Positions 54,475 to 64,000 of a stretch of DNA of 64,000 nt are shown in pieces. Source of the stretch: the human T2T-CHM13v2.0 reference genome, Homo sapiens; the NCBI RefSeq assembly GCF_009914755.1, contig NC_060938.1; one strand, given 5' to 3'. Every line of letters starts with the position of its first letter. The stretch's first letter is position 1. The notes below the pieces were generated by a model. The model was not told the origin of the DNA. It worked only from the letters and a program-made list of their open reading frames with translations, and made no database searches. A program made the translations under genes and the position numbers.

Positions 54475-56049
54475 AAGATGGGGAGAAAAAATGAAAAGTT
54501 TTGTCTCACTAGTGAAAATGGGGAGTGAAAGCAATGGGGAGGAAAAAGGTCAAGGAGAGGTAGGGAAAGGCAGACTTTCTGACAGCTCCTGAGGGCAATT
54601 TCATTTTTGGACAAACTCCCATCTATAGCACCAGAATTCTCAAAGTCAGGCTGGCCATGCCTCTCCATGGAGATCTAAGCCAGATGCCACATTGTCCTGT
54701 ATCCAGCAAATCCACAGCCCGTGTTGTTTATTAGATAAACCCGTTATCCATCAATTCATCAATCAGCAGGTTTATTGAGGACCCTACCAGGCTTCACAAA
54801 CCTGATCAATTTTTTAAATTACATCTAGCTTACACGCAGCCAAGCCCAGTAAACAAGACGAGCCCTCACACCCCACTTGGAAATGAACATGAGGAATCGC
54901 TGGCCCTTGCAATCTCACGGCCAAACACTGCAGCCCCATGCTGACGAGCTATCACGTGCTGCCCTTCACAGATGGCGGTGGTGTCGCTGACCCACTGTCA
55001 ATAATATGGGTTTGGAGTGCTTTCCCAGACACAGTGATCAATCTGCCTGGGTCTAGCCATACTGTCCTCTAAAGCCCTGTGCAATGATGCGGATTTCTAA
55101 AGAGGGTGAGCTGGAGAACGGGCACACACTATGTAAGGGCAATAAGCAAAGCGACGGAGCCTCGCTCGTGCCCCTCACCCTCCTCCTGGTGCCCAGTCGC
55201 AACTCCCCTCCTAGATCAGGGGCTTCTCCGCCATCTCTCCAGGGCACATACACAACGGGACTCTCCTGGCACCTCTATGGCTGATGCACCAGGCCTCATG
55301 ATCCAGTTCACTGTTTTAGTTTTTGAGAAGAACTGCCACATGGGTTATAGTTGAAGGGCTTGTAGGCTTTCCTGGTATGGGGTCATCAAACTCTGCCTCT
55401 GGGTGCCACAGATGGGAAGCCAAGAACATAGGAGACAGCAGGAGTGCACTGCCCTGGGGCCTACAGTGGCTCTGAGCCCCAGCAAATGCCCCCCACTTTC
55501 ATGGTCCCAGAACTGGTCATCAAGAGGACTCAAGGTCTTTGTGTCTACCCTGCATTCCAAACAGGACTCTGCCTTCTTAAGACTAGTTCATTCATTAGCT
55601 TCTGATCAGCCAGATCCTTGGCCACCCTCTATTTGAGTCAAGCCCCCGTCCCTGATCTCAGAACACCCCAAGTCCACCTTTTCCTCCCCCACGTGAACAA
55701 AATCAATTTCAGGGCAGCCCGCCGGCATTAAAAATTGCTCTACCTAAAGGTTTAAATACCTGGTTTTTGGTAAGTAAAATTCCCATACCACAAAAAGAGT
55801 ACCAACAACACACCCTCATAAGGGGACCCTCCAGGACTCCCTGAACCTTCCCTGGAGCCCTGGTTTCTCCAGCTGTCCAAAGTTAAGGCTCCCATACACC
55901 TAGAGATCAAATATCAAGATGGTCAGTTGGGTTGGTTGGTCGTTTGGCCTACATGGCTCATGCAACAATTAATTCACCTGTCTGGCTCTCTGTCTCTGTC
56001 CCTCTGTGTGTGCGCCTGTGCGTGCCTCTCTGTCGCTGTCTCTCTGCAG

Positions 56050-56100
56050 GGAAAGTCGCTGGCGGGCAAGCGCCTCACGGGCCTGATGCAGTCCTCCTGA
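56050..56100 (+). CDS. RGS6: RGS6 main terminal exon coding part GKSLAGKRLTGLMQSS*
   Basis: tctctgcag acceptor, in frame after KKK or FTRSV, TGA at 56098-56100. This is the canonical RGS6 C-terminus. Confidence 0.95.
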   Translation, partial: GKSLAGKRLTGLMQSS

Positions 56101-59100
56101 CCGTTCCTACCGCAGGTCCAGGGCCTGGGCCCGCGGACCCCACAGGCAGGCGGCGGCGCTCCACATCTGCGGACAGAGTTTCCTTACGAGGAGACTTGGT
56201 CACTGTGAAGGAGAAAGAGTGAGGGCAATGAAGGGCGATGGTGGGGAGACTCGGTGGGTGAATGGGGAGACCAGAAAGAAAGAGTCCACAGAGCCTGGGC
56301 TGGGCCCGGTGGAGGCTCCTGTTTACAGCCCTCTCTTCTTTGTACAGTTGTATTCCAACACTCCACTCGCTAAGAGGCCCTGATCCCAGCTCATTCAGGG
56401 GAGAACACGTCGTGGGGTTCCTGTCACGACTATCACTTGAGATTATATTATTATCCTCACTCCCTCGCTGTCTGGAGACGGTCACACCTTCTGGCAAATT
56501 CAAGAGGCATGAGTGGACCGAGAGCACATCCAGCATTTGCATCACCTCCCTGGCACCTCCCATAGTTACAGCCACTACATCCCCACCGCCGCCTGTCATC
56601 CCTCACGTCTCTGTGGCCACCCGGGTGTCACTGCCAGCACCAGGCACTGCTTTCACGTAAAATGTCCAAATCACATCTTCAGCAAGAAAGCAACCTCACG
56701 GATTGCCCCGCCTCAAGGTCTTTCCACCCTCTTTGAGATCAGCGTTCGGAGAGGTCCCCGCCAGCCCGGTGGCTGCCCTCAGGTCCCGTCACATGTCTCA
56801 AGGGTCCAGCGTTCGAGGAAGCACTGTTGTAGATGACAGAGCTTTTTGTTTCACAGCTGCGGGGATTCTGCTGACCATCTTTTAGAAAATTATTTCATAA
56901 TTTATTCTGGCTTTGCCCCCTTGCTCCTTGGTTTATTCCCTCATGTTTTACTCAAAATAAACATGGCCATGAACTCAGGGGCCATTGGGATTCTCCCCTC
57001 TGGCAGCCCCAGGTGGGAGCTGGGAGGGTCCCCAGCCCAGGAGGTGGCTGGATTGCAGGGCTGGCAGCCCCCACGTGGTGGCATCCTGACAGGCACAGTG
57101 AGACCCTTGCTGGGTCAGGTCTCCTTTGTGTGTGAAGCTGGGGCAGAGTATGCTACGAAGGGACCAGGCCAGGCCACAGGGCTCTCCTCCCAGTCTTTAT
57201 CTGAAGGCCCAGCCAAAGCACCCCTCTAAACCGGTCACCTAGGGGAAATGCAAAAACCTGCAAAAGATCCACCTGTATTCCCTGTGTGTGTGTGTCAAAA
57301 TGACCATTTGCCAACCTGGCTGTGAGGTAATGTATGTAAAGCACCGAGTCAGGTGCCTGATACGCAGTAGGTGCTTAGCAAACGGTAGCTAATACTATCA
57401 TCATTGTCATTGTTATTGTGACACCCATGAGCCCACAGACAGAGCTGTATTAAGTAACCTGTTTTGAATCCAGACATTCACTCCCCCACTTGCTATGACT
57501 ACCCTCCTTTGATCTATTTTTGGTCATAGGTAAAAAAAAAAATCTCTCTTGGGAGCATATAAACAAAAAACATAGAAGCAATAAAGCGATCGCTGGTATT
57601 TCTTTTCTCATGCAGCCAAATTCGCCAGCTGGTGACCAAAGGCTCAGATGCTTGCTTATTTGCAGACCCGGCCTCCTGGGTGCTCCCCAGTGACCCATCT
57701 TTCCACCCCACCACCTCCAAGTCCTGTCTATGTCTGCTTCCACACAGCCCTGTCCCCAGGGCACCAGCCTTCTGTCCCTCACAGCAGTGCCATCGCGGGC
57801 ATTAGGAGTCTTCGTTATGTTGTATCCTTGTGAGTTCTTGACTACCATGCCCAAGTTTCCCCCACTGGCAATGGTTCCTCTCTTGGAGGTACAGTGGAAA
57901 CCAGAGAGATGACAGATGTTGAGTCCTCAGTGTCTCAGAGGCAGCAATTCTTGCTGGACACCTGCACATGCTCAGCACAGAGGCTGGTACTTTGGAGGCA
58001 CTAACCACTTGATGAGTAAATCAATGGCATAAAGCCCCATTCCAAGTTATGGGGTCTTTTGACAGGCCCCTTTCATCCTCTTTCTCTTTGTATAAACCTC
58101 ATGTTTCAGAACAAAATTACAGTCTAAGTTCATTTGCCCCCAGCCTTGCCCAAGGATCCCCGGGCTGTGCTGACCCCTAGGCATAGGGCAAAGGGTGTTC
58201 CCAAGCAGCAGGCACCTCAGTGCCCTCAGTTATCCAGGGCAAGGGGCCTGGCTGCCCCCTGCTCCTCCCCATGATGCAGGGGCTTTCTAAGCCAGGCTGC
58301 AGACAGGGCAGGGTTGGCTTCTTGGCCATTCCCTCTGTGCCCCCTTCTCCTTCTGACTGGTCTCACCCTGGAGATCCCCAGAGGATCTGACCAGAGCCAG
58401 GTGGACTGTGGCCCTGAGATGGAGCTGGCTGCAGGCTTACAAGCACCTCTGGGGACATCCAGAGGGGAGGGTCAGTAAGCACAACGGAGCTAGGGAGACT
58501 TCAGATGGACTCAAACCCAGAGCAATAATACTCTCACACCACCCCACAGCTAAGGCACTCATGTTCCCCAGTAGATCAAGCCAGAAGCTTTGCAAGAAGG
58601 GAGTGGAACGAGGCTGCCTATCCAAGGTCCATCTACCACGCAGAACTTGGTCATGCAAGTACATTTGGAAAATCTGGTCTTGGCCCGTCCCCCATTGGCC
58701 TGGTCTACACAGCCAAAAATTCAGACTAGATTAGATGTTTGCAGGCAATTCTGTAGCAAAGCAAATTCCCCTACCCCGTCCCTTCCCCCTAGAAGCTGCC
58801 TTAGCCTCCCTGACTGGGTGTGGTCTCTGGGCCTAGGACTCCTCCCTATGAGGAAAAGTGCTCTCCAGCCACATCTTGGCAGCCCCACAACCACAGCATC
58901 AGGGCAGCTGCAGCAAGTGACCACCCACCCGTCGGGTTAGACACACAAGGCACCAGGCACTGGCATCTGACTAAAATAACCTTTCCCTACATGGGAAGAG
59001 GAAAGCTTGTAGGCTGGCACATATAAACGTCCAGCCGCAGCCAGATGGCCTGAACTAAGCAGCAGGAACTCTCTGGGCTGGGGAGGAGCCTCCTGCCCTT

Positions 59101-60160
59101 CTAGAAAGTGATGCGTCAGCTTTGTTCTCCTGGGAAGGTGTTGCTATACCCCAGGAACAAAGCAGGGCCCAACTGCCAGTGCAGTCAGCTGGGCCTGCGC
59201 TCCAGGCTCACCACCGCTAAGTGGTCAGGTACCGGGCCAGCATCCTGGGAGGGACCTCTTGCGACTCTGAGTTGCAGCTTGGACTAGCTGAACACATGGG
59301 GACATGCTCCAGGGGCTTCTTCCCTGGCAGGATTCCTGGGATTTCAAACTACCTCACCAACAGGACGCTGAACCAGGAGCCTGCCACCCAACTGGCCCCC
59401 TTGGTGATTGTGGAAGGTGATGTTTTTCCTAAAATGCATCCCTCCTGTTCTGCTCCATATACATGTGCTTCAAAAACCACCACCAGGAAAGCCTTCCCAG
59501 AAGAGGGAAAGGATTAAGGGCTCTCTTCCTTTGGGCCCTGCAGAATGTATTGGAGGGAGGTGTTGCTGCAAGGTCCAGGAGCTGGGAAACTCTGGGCTCG
59601 GGGGGAGATAATGCACCACCAGCCTCAAAAAGGAGCTGCCCAAGTTGAATATGTAGCAAAGACCATGGGATAAGTTGAATAGTGGCCAGACGAATCACTA
59701 ATAACTCACCATGGGACCCTCTGAAGAGAGGCCTGTGCTCGTGTAACCATAGCAACAGCAGATGCCAGCAACCTACTCATTAGTACCACCCAGTGATAAG
59801 GCATCCCCTGGGCTAGACCCAGGGGCCATAAAGTAGCAAAGTAGCAAATGTAGCAATAAAGGGCCCGGGTCTATACGGGGACAGGGTCCAAATGACCAGG
59901 ACTTGGCCCTCTCCCCAGCCCCGATGAGGGCTCAGAGCCAGCTGCTGTCAGCTGTCTGGGGAGGGAAGGCCCTGCTCCATACCAGGGGTCCCTGTTCTAT
60001 ACTCTAAGCCCACTCACCGCATGATCACGGACTCATCGGAATGGCCTCCTCTTAGTGCATGTGGTTCTCTTTAGTTTATTTTTCTGGAATTTGGGGATTG
60101 GACCCCAGAACCAAACATGCTGGTACAGTCTAAAAATAAATGACTTGAACCCACTTCAAT
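56101..60160 (+). other. RGS6: RGS6 3' UTR (end approximate)
   Basis: Follows the stop codon and is poor in young repeats. AATAAA at 56956, 57580, 59855 and 60135; the last has a GU-rich downstream element. Confidence 0.7.
56348..56383 (+). CDS. RGS6: Alternative downstream acceptor inside the terminal exon, LYSNTPLAKRP*
   Basis: Strong acceptor ccctctcttctttgtacag and a phase-0 peptide ending TGA at 56381-56383. I recall this as an RGS6 variant C-terminus but cannot verify it. Confidence 0.7.
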   Translation: MYSNTPLAKRP

Positions 60161-60200
60161 CCAGCTAACTCTGTGTGGCTCCTTGGTTTGGGGGTTCGTT
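60135..60200 (+). terminator. Likely distal polyadenylation signal of RGS6
   Basis: AATAAA at 60135-60140, CA dinucleotides ~17-23 nt downstream, then GU-rich tgtgtggctccttggtttgggggttcgtt. Confidence 0.7.
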
Positions 60201-60261
60201 GGGCAGGATGTACCTCTAGAAAAATCGACCACCCCTCCCCACACTCCACCCTTCCCCATTA

Positions 60262-60262
<1 letters not shown>

Positions 60263-60311
<49 letters not shown>
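60263..60311. repeat. (CA)~24 microsatellite
   Basis: Directly visible, just downstream of the distal poly(A) signal. Confidence 0.95.
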
Positions 60312-60313
<2 letters not shown>

Positions 60314-61829
60314 GTTTCCTTCTCACTCCCAACCAGGCTGCCAGGCAGCACAGAAAAACCAGATCTCTGGGGCATTGGACTCATCCTGGTAGGTAGAGAC
60401 AGTGGTGTCACCATAAGGCTGAAGTCCCTGACTCTGCCAGGGTCTCCTTGGCTGGGGGGTTCTCCAGACCCCATTGTCTGTACTCAGGTGCAAAACCCTG
60501 TGGCTGCTCTGACACCCTCTTGAATAAGATCCCAGGGTCAAAGTCTGCTGCATACAGACGGTGCTTCTTACACAGAGTCTCGGTTTCCTGAGCGACAGAC
60601 AGTTGCACTTCCCACTAACGCCAAAGCAGCTGGACTCTGAGAGCCTGAGCGTCAGGCTGACAAGAGGAGGACGAGCGCAAGGTAAAAAGGCAGTGCTAGT
60701 GTACTGCAATCCCTCTATTAATGAGAAAGCCAACACCTAGCTGCATACTTCAGTGGCAGAAATTTTGCTCCTAAAGGTAGAAATGATTTCAGAGGCATGA
60801 AAATGGGACTCCAGTCACAGCTAGAAGGGAACCAACTCATCTTTCAATCCCTGGGCCACCCCCTTGTGCAGGATTTTCTGCCCCACAGAGTTAAGATCAA
60901 GTCACATCTGCCTCAGGTCCATAACATGTCCCACCTCACGTCCTGGTCCATCCCCAAAAGAGCCTGTCCTCTTTGACCATGGCCACCACCTCCAGGGAAC
61001 CCAAGCTGCGCCTGCCTTCTCAGCTGGACCATCTGGCTTAGTTCCAGAATCTTTGCTTATCGGGCTGTTGCTGTGCATGCACTCTACCCTGACCGCCACG
61101 AGCAGGGCTCTGCTTTCAGGTCCAGAATCAAGATGGAGATTTGAGGCTACCAGTTATAACACAAAAAGCTGTGCCGGTCCAAGAATGAGAGCCATCCTGA
61201 CAGCTGCCTCTCTCCCTACACCCTTCTGGGGACCTGTGGCATAACAGGCATGAAGCTGTCCTCTCCTTTGCTGCCAGCCTCCAATTGTTCATTGATCCCA
61301 GCCTCTGAGGAACCACCAGGGCCTCTGATGAGTGTCTCTGATCCTAGAACTTTTCCTGGGATGTGGCAACCTCCAAACCCAAGTAGTTCTCTGAGAGGCA
61401 TATCCCCTCCTGGGCCCACAGAGCTCTGCCCAGCAGGCTCTCCCTCCGCCACCCTTCCTTCACAGAAACACCCATATGAACCCCTGACCCCCGTCGTGGG
61501 ACTTCCGACACCTGCAGCTGGGCCCGTTCCCTGTACACAGCCCTTCAGCGCCCACAATGGGGGTTACTGGATCTGCCCCAGACCCCATACACAGAGGAGC
61601 AGGGCCCCCTGGCCAAAAAGAGGCTGTGGAATCTGGCTTATTTTAAAGGGGCCTGGGGTGTCGGGTGTAGCCACGTGAGCTCCATCTGTCACAGAGCTCT
61701 CTGGTACGCTCTTCCTCGCTTGAAGTGTGGGCTCGGTTCTCCTCCTCAGAGCCCTGAGGTGTCTCCTGGCCAGGTCTGGCTTATTTCAGCAGACAAAACG
61801 AAGTAACAGCCCCTGAGTGCAGAGCCCCA

Positions 61830-61955
61830 GAGCCACCCTCATTCTGAGCCTTAGTGTCCTCATTTGTGAAACAAGAATGAGAATTTCAAAATCTTCGGGT
61901 GGCTGTGAATTAATCTAGAGGGCTTAGCCTGGGCCTGACACATGGTAAATGTTCA
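61830..61955 (+). mobile_element. MIR SINE
   Basis: tctgagccttagtgtcctcatttgtgaaa...gcctgacacatggtaaatgttca. Confidence 0.6.
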
Positions 61956-62738
61956 CGAAATGGGTGCTGGTGTTAGCTGGAGCCATGTCTGAGATAGGCA
62001 TTGAAAGGCGGTGAAGGGAGGGTATGTTTGCAAATCCCTGCCAGACGGACAACTTCCCTGGCAGCCTGGCCCCTGAGAGCTGCCCTTCCCGCCAACCTCG
62101 AGGCTGTAGGCTTTGTTTGCCTGTGTGGGCAGCGGCCTCTCTCTGCCTCTGACAAGCCCCTGGCTCCCTTCTTCCCAGTGAGGACCTGGTTCCCTGTGTG
62201 TCACTTGGGTGGCCTCCATCAATAACCCTGCATTAGGCCTGAGAAACAGCAGAGTGGCGGGCCGGAGGCGCCCTCCCCAGACCCCACATGGAAAATGGAA
62301 ACAGTGCAGATTCCCGCTGCCCATCTAGATCCCCGTTTGTCTGACGGACCTCATGGCTACTTCCGTGAGATTTGGACTCTGAGCTCTTGTTCCAAAATAC
62401 TCAATTTCAGGCCAGTGACTCTGCCCTCTGACCTAGGACAAGGACCTGCCTCCGTCCTCTGAGAACACCTGGCGTCCAAGGGAACACGTGGACCTCCACG
62501 GGAGGGGCAGCCTCGTTCCTACAATTTCCAACCAAGAAAATAAAGCCTGGTTCTTCTCTTTCTCCCATTACATCACAGGATGGCTCTGGGTTAGGAAGGG
62601 GTAGGAGGGATCAGGGAGCGGACGTTTAAAAAATGAGACAAGTCCCTGGATATCTCTTCCTGTGGCCCTTGCCTGTGATCGCACCCTCAGTAGAGAACAG
62701 TGAATATTAACACAGGGAGGAACCTGTGAGATTCTCTG

Positions 62739-62741
<3 letters not shown>

Positions 62742-62769
<28 letters not shown>
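62742..62769. repeat. (TG)~14 microsatellite
   Basis: Directly visible. Confidence 0.9.
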
Positions 62770-63440
62770 ACTTTTAGTTTGTTTATTAAGCTATAATTTA
62801 CCTACATTAAAATTCACCGTTTTATATTACAACATTGTTATCAGTTTTGACAAACATATACAATCATATAACCCCCACTGAAAATCAAAATAGGGAATAA
62901 TTTCATACCCCAAAACGTTCCTGTGCCCCTTTATAGTTAATTCCTTCCCCCTACCCCTCTGTTCCTGGAAGCTGCTGGTTTGTTTTCTGACCCTGTAGTT
63001 TTGCCTTTTTTAGAAAGCCACATACAAGCCAGGCACAGTGGCTCACACCTGTAATCCCCGCACTTTGGGAGGCCGAGGTGGGCGGGTCACCTGAGGTCAG
63101 GAGTTTGAGGCCAGCCTGGTCAACATGGTGAAACCCCATCTCTACCAAAAATACAAAAATTAGCTCGGCGTGGTGGCAGGCACCTGTAATCCCAGCTACC
63201 CAGGAGGCTGAGGCACAAGAATCACTTGAACCCAGGAGGTGGAGGTTACAGTGAGCTGAGATCACACAGTTGCTGGCTGGGCGACAGAGTGAGACTTGTC
63301 AAGGAAGGAAGAAAGGAAGGAAGGCAGGGAGGGAGGGAGGGAGGGAACGAATGAACAAGGAGTTATACACTATGTGACCTTAGCCCATCTTCCCTTGCTT
63401 AGCTCAGTGCACACTGTTGCATGTCTAGGTAGCACATTGC
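62770..63440 (-). mobile_element. Old L1M fragment interrupted by an Alu
   Basis: L1M 3'-end-like sequence at 62770-63026 that resumes after ~63355. Confidence 0.55.
63027..63350 (+). mobile_element. AluSx-like with GGAA/GGGA-converted tail
   Basis: Alu dimer 63027-63300 followed by aaggaaggaagaaaggaaggaaggcagggagggagggagggaggga. Confidence 0.88.
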
Positions 63441-63691
63441 TCAGCCTTTTGTTCTATCCATAAAGAAACTGAGGCCTATAGTGGGAAGAGCAGAGAGAGT
63501 TGGAGGAGCAGAGCTTAGCGTCTAGGTCATGACCACCACCCAGCCCCTCGGGCTGGTGGGACATACTTCTTCACTAAAAAGTCACCTTTTTAAACCCTCA
63601 AAATCTGTGAGCCCGTTTGAGAAAGCATATGATCATAGAACCCACACATTGAAGAGAATGTATGCTTTCTTCATCTAATAGAAGCTACTTA

Positions 63692-64000
63692 GAGTCAGCC
63701 CTCTGTATCCACAGTTTCCACGGATTCAACAACCATGATGAAAAATATTTTTAAAAATTAAAAAATAACAACAGTAAAAATACAAATTAAAAAACAATAT
63801 AGCATTAAAATGATTTACACAGCATTTACATTGTATTAAGTATTATAAGCAATCTAGAGATAATGTAAAGTATATAGGAGGATGTGCTTTGGTTACAGAC
63901 AAATACTACACCATTTTATAAAAGGGACTTGAGCCTCCTCAGATTTTGGTATCCGTGGGAAAAGGGGACAGTCCTGGAACCAACCCCCTAATGAATATTG
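63692..64000 (+). mobile_element. MER2-like (Tigger-family) element, runs to window edge
   Basis: gtcagccctctgtatcc...ggattcaac...tttacacagcatttacattgtatta...aatctagagat...gggacttgagc...gattttggtatccgtggga...gtcctggaaccaa. Confidence 0.8.

Overview
This is human (primate) genomic DNA, not prokaryotic. It holds the 3' end of RGS6 (regulator of G-protein signalling 6, R7 family) on the + strand. Three constitutive exons (3780-3905, 11974-12160, 29812-29901) encode the RGS domain, followed by a 54-nt cassette exon (33667-33720), the main terminal exon (coding 56050-56100, GKSLAGKRLTGLMQSS*) and a ~4.1-kb 3' UTR probably ending near 60160. The intronic hairpin MIR7843 lies at ~10.45 kb. The rest is intron and flank with typical repeats: Alus, MIRs, old L1/L2, MaLR solo LTRs, MER DNA transposons and a near-full-length Tigger1. 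The most interesting structure is a dense set of candidate C-terminal splice options between 31 and 56.7 kb: stacked alternative acceptors, a 151-nt frame-shifting cassette (35096-35246) and a 5-nt microexon/recursive-site candidate (41671-41675). Together these would let the terminal exon be read in all three frames, including a 57-aa tail with an RRRRSTS kinase motif. RGS6 is known to be heavily alternatively spliced at its 3' end, so several of these are probably already annotated. All non-constitutive exons are predictions from sequence only. Repeat subfamily calls are by eye and boundaries are approximate. Almost all ORFs in the supplied track are spurious.
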